In this document: in pieces, positions 41,341-51,123 of the stretch
Layout of the letters: every line of letters starts with the position of its first letter
Numbering within the stretch: the stretch's first letter is position 1
Assembly (NCBI GenBank): GCA_963669175.1
Contig: OY769902.1
Span: 2,848,001-2,912,000, forward strand
DNA from: a bacterium
GTDB taxonomy: Bacteria > Electryoneota > Electryoneia > Electryoneales > Electryoneaceae
Reading direction: 5' to 3'
DNA length: 64,000 nucleotides
Notes under the pieces: generated by a model
The model's database searches: none
Told to the model about the DNA's origin: nothing
What the model saw: the letters and a program-made list of their open reading frames with translations, nothing else
Made by a program: the position numbers and the translations under genes

Positions 41341-42783
41341 TTAGAACTGGAAGTAAATGAACTGTGTTTTGTTGAACATCCCGAATACAACAATGAACCA
41401 GAATTGTACCGTCATATCCAGGTAAATAACCAACGGTTTGTTCAGGAAACTGAATTCACGCCAGCGTGCCCAGTCGTAAGCATTCATAACAACGAGCAGC
41501 AGCAGGATATACCAGACCTCACGAATATGTGTGAAGGGCTCCTGTAGTGAGAATACATCTCCGCCCGTTACCATTCCGGCAAAACCGTGTTGCAGGATAT
41601 AAAATGCTTCGTTCAGGTTGTTGGCACGGAAGAATACCCAGGCCAGCAATGCCAGGTGAAACGTGACGAAAACCTTCCATACCTGGTCCAACCAGTGAAC
41701 CGAGGACAACCGTAAAGCATCAGCAATTGTCTTCCTGATCGTTGTAGTCCAGATGGAGAAAATCAGGTAGAAGCCATGCAGGAATCCCCATACCACGAAA
41801 GTCCAATTGGCGCCATGCCACAAACCGCTGACCATAAACGTGATCATCAGGTTGCTGTACCAGCGGAACTTGCCGACACGATTTCCGCCGAGGCCGATAT
41901 AGACATAATCCTGGAACCAACTTGACAGGGAAATGTGCCAGCGTTTCCAGAATTCACGGATCGAACGTGAGAAATACGGCTGCTTGAAGTTGGTCATGAG
42001 GTCGTAGCCCATGACACGAGCAGAGCCAATTGCGATATCTGAATATCCGGAGAAGTCACAATAAATCTGGTAGGCGAACAGGTACGTCGCGATTACCAGT
42101 GAAGATGTGCTGTGAGTCGTTGGGGCATTGTATACCTGGTCCACATAATAGGCCAACCTGTCGGCAACCACCACCTTCTTGAAGAATCCCCACAGCATAA
42201 GCCGAATGCCACTGTACAGGCGCTCTTTCGAAAACGAATGCTTTTCATGGAACTGGGGGAGCAAATTAGTGGAGCGTTCGATCGGACCGGCGACAAGTTG
42301 AGGGAAGAACGAGACATAGACGGCAAAGATACCGAAGTGCCGTTCAGCGCTACGCCTGCCCTTATACACATCTATGGTGTAACTAAGCGTCTGGAATGTA
42401 TAAAACGAGATTCCTACGGGGAGCAGAACCCGTAGCTCAGGCATGTGGTACAGGATATTAAATGTAGAGAAAACAGATTCGACAGAATCGGTGAAGAAAT
42501 TGAAATACTTGAAGGTAAACAGCAGTCCAAGATTGGTCAGCAGGCTGAAGGATAAAAACAGTTTCTTCCTTGCCTTTGTTTCAGCCTTGTCGATCTGGAT
42601 GCCGGCGACATAGTCAATAATGGTTGAAAGGACGATCAGGCTAAGGTATTCGACACGCCAGCAACCATAAAAGTAGTAACTGGCAACAAGCAGCAATCCC
42701 CAGCGCCAGCGTGCAGGCATGCCGAAATACAGCATGACAACGATGGGGAAGAAGATCAGAAAATGTAACGAGTTGAATAACAC
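41341..42783 (-). CDS. MBOAT family O-acyltransferase (AlgI/DltB/PatA-like)
   Basis: LPVGISFYTFQ, FFPQLVAGPIER, DFSGYSDIAIG, FWKRWHISLS, SGLWHGA, FIYFQF. Confidence 0.95.
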   Translation of the reverse strand: MLFNSLHFLIFFPIVVMLYFGMPARWRWGLLLVASYYFYGCWRVEYLSLIVLSTIIDYVAGIQIDKAETKARKKLFLSFSLLTNLGLLFTFKYFNFFTDSVESVFSTFNILYHMPELRVLLPVGISFYTFQTLSYTIDVYKGRRSAERHFGIFAVYVSFFPQLVAGPIERSTNLLPQFHEKHSFSKERLYSGIRLMLWGFFKKVVVADRLAYYVDQVYNAPTTHSTSSLVIATYLFAYQIYCDFSGYSDIAIGSARVMGYDLMTNFKQPYFSRSIREFWKRWHISLSSWFQDYVYIGLGGNRVGKFRWYSNLMITFMVSGLWHGANWTFVVWGFLHGFYLIFSIWTTTIRKTIADALRLSSVHWLDQVWKVFVTFHLALLAWVFFRANNLNEAFYILQHGFAGMVTGGDVFSLQEPFTHIREVWYILLLLVVMNAYDWARWREFSFLNKPLVIYLDMTVQFWFIVVFGMFNKTQFIYFQF

Positions 42784-43083
42784 GTTTGCCTGGTACGGTT
42801 TAAATGTTTGAATCAGCTATGGCTGAACAAAGCACAATCTTGACCTGTGTTCTGCTATAAGAAGCCGAAAGGTACTACGGCTATCGTGATCTGTCAACGG
42901 AACAACATCACAAAGATTATTGAAAAGGATACCTCAGGATTTTGTAATCATAGGGAAATAACGGGCTTGCCGAGGTTGGTTTGGATCACAGGCAGGTAGC
43001 AATCAAGATTCAAAGCCTTGTATATTGGCGGAGAAGTTTTCCAACAGTCAAAAAGAACCGTTTATAGATGGGAGTGTTAAGGG

Positions 43084-44481
43084 ATGGAAGCGTTTGATTT
43101 TGCAGTCATTGGTGCTGGTCCTGGGGGATATGTTGCAGCGATTCGTGCAGCACAACTGGGCTTGAAAACCGTACTGATAGAGAAAAACGAACGTCTGGGC
43201 GGAACCTGCCTCAATATCGGCTGCATCCCGTCCAAGGCATTGCTGGAATCCAGCGAATGGTTTCATAACGCCAATCATGGGTTTGAAGCGCATGGCATTT
43301 CTGCAAAAGATGTTGCCATTGATATCAAGACCATGATGAACCGTAAGACGGAAGTTGTAAACACCCTGACCGACGGCATCGGTATGCTGATGAAGAAGAA
43401 CAAGGTCAAGGTGGTGCGAGGTACTGGAACCTTGAAGGGACAGGGGAAAGTTGAAGTTGATTCGGCTGACGGCAAAGAGGAATTCGAAGCGAAGACCATC
43501 GTATTGGCAATGGGTAGCATCCCGACCGAGTTGCCGTTTACAAAGTTTGACCATGACAAAATCATTGATTCCACCGATGCGCTTTCCATGGAAAAGGTTC
43601 CGAAAAAGCTGATCGTAATCGGCGCCGGCGCTATTGGTCTTGAAATGGGGAGTGTATGGGCGCGTCTGGGCAGTGAAGTAACGGTTGTGGAAATGCTGCC
43701 GCAGATTGTTCCTTTCGCGGATAAGCAGCTCGCCAAGATGCTCCAGCGTTCACTGCAGGATCTTGGTATCACCTTTAACCTGGAAGCGAAAGTGACCGGT
43801 GCGGAAGTCCTGAAAACCAAGGTCAAATTGAGCTTCGAGGACAAGAAAGGTGAGCAGCAGACCATCGAAGGCGACAAGGTGCTGGTCGCAGTAGGGCGTC
43901 GTCCCAATCCGCATACGGCAGGCATCAAGGAAGCCGGGGTTGAGCTGGACGAACGTGGTTTCATCAAAGTCGATGAACACTGGCAGACAAATCTTGAAGG
44001 CGTATACGCAATCGGCGACCTGATTCATGGCCCCATGCTGGCGCATAAGGCCGAAGATGAAGGCGTGGCGGTAGCGGAACTTGTCGCGGGAAAACCGGCG
44101 CATGTCAATTATGACGCCATTCCGAACGTGGTCTATACCGAACCCGAGTTGGCGGGTGTGGGTAAAACCGAAGACGAATGCAAGAAAGAAGGCATCAAGG
44201 TCAAGACCGGGAAGTTCTATTTCCGTGGTAACGGACGTGCGCTTGCATTGGGAATTACCGATGGCCTGGTGAAAGTTGTGGCTGATGCGGAGACCGATAC
44301 CCTGCTGGGAGTGGGCATTCTTGGACCTCGTGCTTCCGAGCTGATCGCAGAATCGGTTGCGGTGATGGAGTTCCACGGCAGCGCGGAAGATATCGCACGT
44401 ACCTGCCATGCCCATCCGACCCTGTCCGAAGCGGTCAAAGAAGCTGCGCTGGCGGTGGATAACCGGGCGATACACGGTTAA
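43084..44481 (+). CDS. lpdA: Dihydrolipoamide dehydrogenase E3
   Basis: GAGPGGY, GGTCLNIGCIPSK, HAHPTLSE. Confidence 0.97.
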   Translation: MEAFDFAVIGAGPGGYVAAIRAAQLGLKTVLIEKNERLGGTCLNIGCIPSKALLESSEWFHNANHGFEAHGISAKDVAIDIKTMMNRKTEVVNTLTDGIGMLMKKNKVKVVRGTGTLKGQGKVEVDSADGKEEFEAKTIVLAMGSIPTELPFTKFDHDKIIDSTDALSMEKVPKKLIVIGAGAIGLEMGSVWARLGSEVTVVEMLPQIVPFADKQLAKMLQRSLQDLGITFNLEAKVTGAEVLKTKVKLSFEDKKGEQQTIEGDKVLVAVGRRPNPHTAGIKEAGVELDERGFIKVDEHWQTNLEGVYAIGDLIHGPMLAHKAEDEGVAVAELVAGKPAHVNYDAIPNVVYTEPELAGVGKTEDECKKEGIKVKTGKFYFRGNGRALALGITDGLVKVVADAETDTLLGVGILGPRASELIAESVAVMEFHGSAEDIARTCHAHPTLSEAVKEAALAVDNRAIHG

Positions 44482-44633
44482 TCGAAGTGAAAAAAGTGAG
44501 CAGTGAAAAAAGTGAAAAAAAGCTGTTGAAGCTCGGCCACATGTGCGTCAATCGGCGTACATCTGGCCGGGCCATTAAAATATCATCTTATAATTCCTAA
44601 TTTCTGATTCCTGATTTATTGATTGAGGTTTTC

Positions 44634-44687
44634 ATGGGCCGTGTGGCCCGGGTTCTTGCACCCGGGATTGCTTTTGAAGATGAATAA
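44634..44687 (+). pseudogene. Possible N-terminal remnant of a REP-associated tyrosine transposase
   Basis: GAGG RBS followed by MGRVARVLAPGIAFEDE*. Confidence 0.35.
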
Positions 44688-44775
44688 AGTAATGTACGTT
44701 TATCTATATAGTATATCTGAATTGTGTTGTAACCAATTGTTAATTCTTAATTGTTAATTCTTAATTGAGGAAGCC

Positions 44776-45225
44776 TTGGGCAGACGTGGCGAGGGTTGGT
44801 TCTTGGTACAACTGGTTATTTTCGCAGCCGTGCTGTGGGTGCCGGATATCTGGTCGGTGGATTTCCCCGGCTGGGTGCAGGTGATTGGCGGCTTGATCTT
44901 GCTGGATGGTGCGGTATTGGGAACTGCGGCGCTCATCTGCCTGGGACGCAACCTGACGCCATTCCCGAAACCACGTGAGAATGCAACCTTTATTCAGTCC
45001 TGCACCTATGGACTTGTCCGGCACCCGATCTATACCGCGATCATCGTGGCGACACTTGGTTTTTCGCTGGTGCGTGAGAGTTTGACCGGGTTGATCCTGA
45101 CCGTAATCATGTTTGTCTTTTTCGATCTGAAATCACGGAAAGAAGAGACCTGGCTGGTGGAAAAATTCCCGGAGTATGTGAACTACCGGAAACGTGTGGC
45201 CAGGTTGATTCCCTGGGTATACTGA
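44776..45225 (+). CDS. Isoprenylcysteine carboxyl methyltransferase family membrane protein
   Basis: LTPFPKP, YGLVRHPIY, KEE.WL, Y.NY.KRV.RLIP. Confidence 0.88.
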   Translation: MGRRGEGWFLVQLVIFAAVLWVPDIWSVDFPGWVQVIGGLILLDGAVLGTAALICLGRNLTPFPKPRENATFIQSCTYGLVRHPIYTAIIVATLGFSLVRESLTGLILTVIMFVFFDLKSRKEETWLVEKFPEYVNYRKRVARLIPWVY

Positions 45226-45308
45226 TTGACATGATGAAGGATAGAGGTGTACGCAAAAGTGGCCCGGCATCTCTGCTATAGTGAAGGCGGCGTGTATTAC
45301 AAAAAACA

Positions 45309-45522
45309 CTCTCATTCCAGCGAAGGCTGGGATCCAGTCATGTTGCTATATTACAAGAAGTTAATTGTTGTCGAGAAGCACGGTTCATTGAGAGTCGCAT
45401 AAGTGCCCAGCTTAATACTATTTCGACACTTGCCTGGATCCCAGCCTTCGCTGGGATGAGAGCATCAGTGATTCTGCGACAGTCTGCTCTGCTGGGATGA
45501 GAGAATGCCGATTCTGCGATAG
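45309..45522. repeat. Repeat family B unit (CTCTCATYCCAGCGAAGGCTGGGATCCAG inverted pair plus short subunits)
   Basis: Arms at 45309-45337 and 45434-45462; spacer is a diverged version of the 54638 unit. Confidence 0.9.
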
Positions 45523-45633
45523 CATGGAGAGCAGGGTTTTCGTTGTTATTCGGGAATTACTTAGAAGCATGGAATAGCCTGTAGGAAATCCGAAAGAGAA
45601 TCAGCAGTTTTTGACCGGCGCTCACGAGGGGGA

Positions 45634-46077
45634 GTGGTTGTGAAGAAATACTACTGGATGATGAAGGTGCAGGGCGTACTGCATTTTCTGCTCGCTGTTT
45701 TCCACGTTCAGTTCTGGTGGTTGTTTGAGTGGGAGAAAGACCTGCAGAACCTCACCGCGATGAACCGCAATAACGTGCAACTTCTGAACGCCGGCATGGT
45801 GGTCATGTTGTTGCTGATTGCGCTTGCCTGCCTGAGAAACACGGGCGAATTGATCACAACTCGGCTTGGCTTTGACATGCTGGTTATGATCACCCTGTTT
45901 TATCTCGTTCGCTGGGTTGGTGAATTCTTCTTCCTCGATGAAGTCAATCTGATTACCTACTTGTTCGGCGGAGTGTTTGCCCTGATGGCGGTCAGTTTCT
46001 TCTGGGCCGCGATGGGCAACCTTTCCTTCCGAAAGCAGATGAAAAAACTGGAAGGTTTAAAGGATCACAAGCGATGA
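45634..46077 (+). CDS. Hypothetical 4-TM membrane protein
   Basis: Hydrophobic segments, FH.QFW.LF.W; overlaps the ribokinase start. Confidence 0.75.
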   Translation: MVVKKYYWMMKVQGVLHFLLAVFHVQFWWLFEWEKDLQNLTAMNRNNVQLLNAGMVVMLLLIALACLRNTGELITTRLGFDMLVMITLFYLVRWVGEFFFLDEVNLITYLFGGVFALMAVSFFWAAMGNLSFRKQMKKLEGLKDHKR

Positions 46078-47063
46078 TGTCTGAAGCCTCGGCTGCGAAT
46101 AGCTTGCCGCAAAGTGTGATAGAAAGACTGCAACGGAATCCGGACAAACCCGGACGCGTTCTGGTTCTCGGCGCGGCCGTATTGGATCGCTTGTTTTATG
46201 TCGAGAAGCTCCCGGTAGCGGGGGAGACTGCCATGTCGGACCGGATGAAAATCCTGCCCGGCGGGAAGGGCGCGAACCAGGCGCTTACGGCACGAAAAAT
46301 GGGCGCTGAAGTACGCTTTCTGTCGGCTGTGGGCGAGGATGAAGCAGCGGATTTCGTATTACAGCCATTGATTGATGCCGGAATCGATGTGTCGGGAGTG
46401 AAGCGTGTCCGTGGTGTGCATACAGCCGAAACCGTTATTTCGGTTGATACGAAAGGCGAAAACCATGTGACTTCCTGCCCCGGCGCGTATCATCGCCTTG
46501 ATCCATCCTATATAGCGTCCCAGCGGTCAGCTTTTGAATGGGCGGATTATTTCCTGGTGCAGAATGAGCTGCCACGCCCCACTGTTCTGGCTGCGATTCA
46601 ACTCGCGCTGCAACTGAAGAAAATAATCATATTCAATCCTTCGCCATTCAGGAAAAATCAGCCAGCCCCGCCAAAGGGAATCCGTGTGATGGTGCCCAAT
46701 GAACTGGAAGCGGCGGGACTGCTTGGTGTGGATGCCTATGAGGAGATCCCGGTTGATGAACGCTGGCAACAGTGGCAGACGTTTGGCGTATCGTGTGTGG
46801 TGATCACAAAAGGCAGCCATGGAGGCGAGTGGTTCGATCAGGACGGAAACCGCTATGTGGAGCCGGGAAGGTCGGTCAATGCGATTGACACAGTTGGAGC
46901 CGGGGATACGTTTGCCGGAACTTTGACTGCGCTACTTGCTGAAGGGATTGACATCGCCCACGCAATCAAGCTGGCGCATCGTGCGGCGGAACTGTCTGTG
47001 ACGGTTCGCGGGGCACAAGAAGGGATTCCCACCAGAGAACAAGTTGCGAAAGCTTTTTCATAA
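46074..47063 (+). CDS. rbsK: Ribokinase (PfkB family)
   Basis: GGKGANQA, QNE, PNELEA, DTVGAGDTF. Confidence 0.85.
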   Translation: MMSEASAANSLPQSVIERLQRNPDKPGRVLVLGAAVLDRLFYVEKLPVAGETAMSDRMKILPGGKGANQALTARKMGAEVRFLSAVGEDEAADFVLQPLIDAGIDVSGVKRVRGVHTAETVISVDTKGENHVTSCPGAYHRLDPSYIASQRSAFEWADYFLVQNELPRPTVLAAIQLALQLKKIIIFNPSPFRKNQPAPPKGIRVMVPNELEAAGLLGVDAYEEIPVDERWQQWQTFGVSCVVITKGSHGGEWFDQDGNRYVEPGRSVNAIDTVGAGDTFAGTLTALLAEGIDIAHAIKLAHRAAELSVTVRGAQEGIPTREQVAKAFS

Positions 47064-47217
47064 TATTGAGTTGGAAGCCAACTACCTTACATATGGTAGC
47101 CATATATTATGGCCTGGTACATTATCACCTTTCAGTTTTTATGGCGATTCCTATTATTTGTTCGATATATGGTCATGTGTTATATCAGCGAAAGATCCAC
47201 TATATAGTTGGAAAAAA

Positions 47218-47446
47218 GGATATGGAAAAAGGGGACTGCCTCCTTTCCCTGGGGTAAAGCCTTCCCGTTGTGAACATGAACCGGGAAAGGTGGCTGTACC
47301 CTTTTCTTGAGGGCAGGCAGGAATTATACGGAAAAGGGGACAGTTTCCTGTTCCATGAATGCTTCAAGCGTATTCCGCATGAGTGCGAGGAAAAGGATCC
47401 CGTCCCCTTTTCCCGGCAATCTCTATTTTGACGGAAATAAATCGAG
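47218..47446 (+). repeat. Repeat family A, full copy; tail interrupted by IS110 and resuming at 48817
   Basis: Aligns to other copies up to AAATCGAG; AGAACAACTATA resumes after the element. Confidence 0.95.
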
Positions 47447-47533
47447 TTCCTATGTTAAACGACAGGCGCATCAAGTCGTGTTGGAACTGCTATCTTAGCA
47501 GTATTCCATTTTTCCAACACAAGGAGAAGCGCC

Positions 47534-48595
47534 ATGTCGAAGAACCAAGTTATTGCAGCGGACCGTTCATTGTCTATAGGTCTGGATGTTGATTCGCAGA
47601 CTTCTTTCGCCGTTGTGCTCGACACCCAGACTGGTGAAGTGCTCTTTGAGAATCGGATCAAGCATGACTCAGCCGCTTGGGAACGCTTCTTTGCCCGTTT
47701 TCCCAACTGCCGCATGTGGGCGTGTTATGAAGCGGGCCTCACCGGCTTTGGCCTCTGTCGTTACCTGATCGGCCAAGGTGTTGACTGCCAGATCGCGCCG
47801 CCCAGCCAAGTTCCCAAAGGGGCGCAAGCGAAGCAGCAGAAGACCGATCATCTGGATGCCCTTACCTTGGCCCACATGTTCTGGACACCACCTCGTACCT
47901 GGGTACATGTCCCCACAGAACAGGAAGAGGCGGATCGTCAGTTGTCTCGCACCCGTGACCAGGTGATGAATGATCGCGTTCGGGTCAAAAACCGAATCAA
48001 GAGTCTGCTATTGTTTCACGGTTTACAGTCACCGTTTCCGCCGCAACGCTATTGGACAAAGGAATACCGGCGCTGGTTGCGAACGTGTGATTGTCTGGCC
48101 GCGACACGGATAGCCATTGATGTTGCTCTCGATGAGCTGGAGGCCATTGAACAGCAACTCAAGGTGATCACCAAAGCGATCAAGGCGATGAATGCGTCCG
48201 CAACGTATCGGGACCGTACCCAGCGCCTGCGCCAGGTGAAGGGAGTGGGCGAGTTGACCGTGAACGCCTTCGTGACCGAGATGTATCGTCCCGAACGCTT
48301 CGCATCCGGTAAGCAAGTCGGCGCACATCTTGGCTTGACGCCGTGTGAATGGTCAAGCGCCAACACACGCCATATGGGACACATTACCCACTGGGGACCG
48401 TCCCATCTACGAAAACTATTGGTCGAAGCTGCGTGGCGTTGGGTGCAAAAAGATCCGTATGCAAAGAAGAAATACGATGCGATCCATGCCGGGAAAACAC
48501 GGAAAGTGGCGATCGTCGCCATGGCACGAAAACTAGCCGTGATACTGTGGGCCATGCTGGTCAAAGAACAAGACTACAATCCTGCCTGCGTATAA
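47534..48595 (+). CDS. IS110 family recombinase/transposase
   Basis: DEDD residues in GLDVD, YEAG, KTDHLDA; GVG; GLTPCEWSSA catalytic-Ser region; VAMARKLA. Confidence 0.97.
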   Translation: MSKNQVIAADRSLSIGLDVDSQTSFAVVLDTQTGEVLFENRIKHDSAAWERFFARFPNCRMWACYEAGLTGFGLCRYLIGQGVDCQIAPPSQVPKGAQAKQQKTDHLDALTLAHMFWTPPRTWVHVPTEQEEADRQLSRTRDQVMNDRVRVKNRIKSLLLFHGLQSPFPPQRYWTKEYRRWLRTCDCLAATRIAIDVALDELEAIEQQLKVITKAIKAMNASATYRDRTQRLRQVKGVGELTVNAFVTEMYRPERFASGKQVGAHLGLTPCEWSSANTRHMGHITHWGPSHLRKLLVEAAWRWVQKDPYAKKKYDAIHAGKTRKVAIVAMARKLAVILWAMLVKEQDYNPACV

Positions 48596-48639
48596 CCCCA
48601 GCACTGCTGGCAGGTAGGTAAAGCATAGATTGTGATTGA

Positions 48640-48780
48640 ATCGTCCGATGCCATTGGGAACACGCGACCCTGGTAGTTATTCTGTTGCTTGACAACGATT
48701 CGAGTTTAGGGCGCCGCTGTTCCGTGCGAACAAAAAACTTGTGCCACGAGCACGAATAGCAGAACGGCACATGGGACGAT
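48640..48780 (+). ncRNA. Putative bridge/seek RNA
   Basis: Closing stem ATCGTCC.ATG/CAT.GGACGAT; two internal loops carrying target and donor matches. Confidence 0.8.
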
Positions 48781-48870
48781 ACAAAGGCTCTTTACACCCT
48801 TGACTGTTTACATAGCAGAACAACTATAACTTTCTAACTTAACAACTACACAAGCTTTTTAGAGATTACC

Positions 48871-51123
48871 ATGATCACTATAGCCAAGCAAGTCGCCTTA
48901 CCAACCCTGAAGCGAGCGACCCAGGATGCCCCGCATCTGGTGGGACTCCTGTTCGAGCAGGATATCCCTGTTTTACCAGATCCTGACGAGTTTAGACTGG
49001 TATCCGTCGGCCCCCCCAAGCGTATTATCCGGCAATCACCGCGACGGATCGCGCTCGAATTTGAGCCGTTAAAACGATCTCGCACATACAAAATCAAGCT
49101 TCCTGACGGGAAAACCTATCCCTTGCTGCCGGACGGCTTGCTGGATCGCATGGTGTCCGATAAACCGTTTGGACTGACCTGGACCCGAACCGGCGCGATT
49201 CTTCGGCTCTACGCACCACGCGCACGCCGTGTAACCGCACTGTTCTACACCCACCCCGGTGAGAAACCGGCAGAAGAACTTGACCTCGAGTTCAATGAAA
49301 CGGACAACACCTGGGAAGTTGAAACGCAGTTCTTCGCCAATCCGAACCAGCGCTATTATTATGGGTATCGTGTGCTCGGCCCGGTAGGAGATGCGGATAT
49401 TTCACGGACTATTTTCGCCGATCCCTACAGTTGGGCGGTGTGTAAACGGAACAGTTGGCGACGGGAATCGCTGACCGTGGTGATGCCACGATGGGTGTAC
49501 GAACGTCAACCTGCGGCAGGCCATGTTATCATACCGCCACGCGACCTGGTGATCTATGAAAGTCATGTAAAAGACTTCAGTGTTCTGGCCGAAAGTGTGC
49601 ATCAGGATTTTCGAGGCACGTATCCCGGTGCAGTGTATGATGCCGCCGGTGCGCCCATACGCCACATCAGGGAGCTTGGCATTACGGCAATTGAATGGCT
49701 GCCGCTAGCCGATTATGACTTCTATGAATTTCCTTACAATGTGCCAGATTTGCCTGTTCTTAACACGTGGAACCCCTTTGAACGGAACCACTGGGGCTAC
49801 ATGCCGGCGTACTGGTTTGCCCCGGAGGCACGCTATGCTACCGGGCAATCCACGCAGGATGGCGACTGGATTGGTGTGGATGGCCGCCAGGTACTCGAGC
49901 TGCGGGAGATGATCCGGAAACTGCATGAGGCCGGAATTGCCGTACTCGTAGATGTGGTGTACAACCATGTCGCCCAGTACGGCCAGAACCCGATTCGCCA
50001 GGTAGATCCGTTCTACAGCCTGCGTCACTCGAAAACCGGGAGGCGTGTCGGTGATTCCGGGTGCGGGAATGATCTGGCCACCGAACGTCCCATGATGCGA
50101 CGACTGATTGTAGAATCCTTAAAGCACTGGGTGAGGTTTTACGGTGTTGACGGATTCCGTTTTGACCTGGCCGGCCTGATTGATGAAGGCACACTTGACG
50201 CTATCACTGTCGAGCTGAAAAAGGAATTACCCCAGATACATCTGATCGCCGAACCCTGGGGCGGTTATTACGATAAGCAGCGTTTCTCCAAACGTGACTG
50301 GGCGTCCTGGAATGACCTGTTCCGCGATGGCATCAAGGGCTGGGAACCGGGGAAAGTGGATGCCTTCCTGTTCGGGAAGTGGCGTAGCGGTGAGAATGAG
50401 AAAACATTGGTTCGACACGCCAGCGGGAACCTGTGGAAAGACGGCGGCCCGTTCAAACGTGAGACGCATACGGTAAACTTCCTTGCCTGCCATGATGGTT
50501 ATACCCTCGGTGACTATGTCCGCCTGGCGGGGGACTGGCTGAAAGACGTGAAACCGAAAGAGCGCGAGGACTGTTACCGGCTTCCTGAGAAAGACTGGCG
50601 TCGAATCCGGTTGGGACTCTTTGTGCTCCTGACCAGTCGTGGCCCGGCCATGATTCACCAGGGCGATGAATGGGGATTCGCAAAATGGGTGGATGCCGAT
50701 GAGGTCAGCGGGCTGAAAGAAGGCAAACTCGACCACGACAGCTATAACAAGGATACCCGCACCAACTGGTTGGATTGGGACTGGCGAGGGCGAAAACATT
50801 GCAAGACATTATATGAGTATACACAGGGATTGATCGCACTGCGGAAACATTACCCGGCGTTACGTATCGCAAGGCGTGATGATGTGGATGTGATGGCCTC
50901 GCCGCTGGAATTCGCGTTTGGTTACAGGCTCAAGGTGGGACGTGATGACCTGATGATCCTGATGAACGGTGACCAGAAAAAAGAGGCCGTCTTCAACCTG
51001 CCTCGTGGACGCTGGCTATTGCTGGCCAATCATCATCGTGTTGCGGTTCCGGATGGAATGCAGGTGGTTGAAGAAAGTGTCAGTGTTCCGTCCGTTGCTG
51101 GGGTAGTACTGTTGAAAATGTGA
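48871..51123 (+). CDS. GH13 pullulanase/isoamylase-type debranching enzyme
   Basis: IYESHVKDF, WGYMP, DVVYNH, SGCGND, DGFRFDLA, AEPW, CHDG. Confidence 0.92.
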   Translation: MITIAKQVALPTLKRATQDAPHLVGLLFEQDIPVLPDPDEFRLVSVGPPKRIIRQSPRRIALEFEPLKRSRTYKIKLPDGKTYPLLPDGLLDRMVSDKPFGLTWTRTGAILRLYAPRARRVTALFYTHPGEKPAEELDLEFNETDNTWEVETQFFANPNQRYYYGYRVLGPVGDADISRTIFADPYSWAVCKRNSWRRESLTVVMPRWVYERQPAAGHVIIPPRDLVIYESHVKDFSVLAESVHQDFRGTYPGAVYDAAGAPIRHIRELGITAIEWLPLADYDFYEFPYNVPDLPVLNTWNPFERNHWGYMPAYWFAPEARYATGQSTQDGDWIGVDGRQVLELREMIRKLHEAGIAVLVDVVYNHVAQYGQNPIRQVDPFYSLRHSKTGRRVGDSGCGNDLATERPMMRRLIVESLKHWVRFYGVDGFRFDLAGLIDEGTLDAITVELKKELPQIHLIAEPWGGYYDKQRFSKRDWASWNDLFRDGIKGWEPGKVDAFLFGKWRSGENEKTLVRHASGNLWKDGGPFKRETHTVNFLACHDGYTLGDYVRLAGDWLKDVKPKEREDCYRLPEKDWRRIRLGLFVLLTSRGPAMIHQGDEWGFAKWVDADEVSGLKEGKLDHDSYNKDTRTNWLDWDWRGRKHCKTLYEYTQGLIALRKHYPALRIARRDDVDVMASPLEFAFGYRLKVGRDDLMILMNGDQKKEAVFNLPRGRWLLLANHHRVAVPDGMQVVEESVSVPSVAGVVLLKM

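Larger units (their letters stand above)
47447..48818 (+). mobile_element. IS110-family insertion sequence (IS1111-like: subterminal IRs, long 3' non-coding region)
   Basis: AG core at 47445-46 and 48817-18; IRs CTATGTTAAAC / GTTTACATAG; empty site reconstructs the repeat-A tail. Confidence 0.92.
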
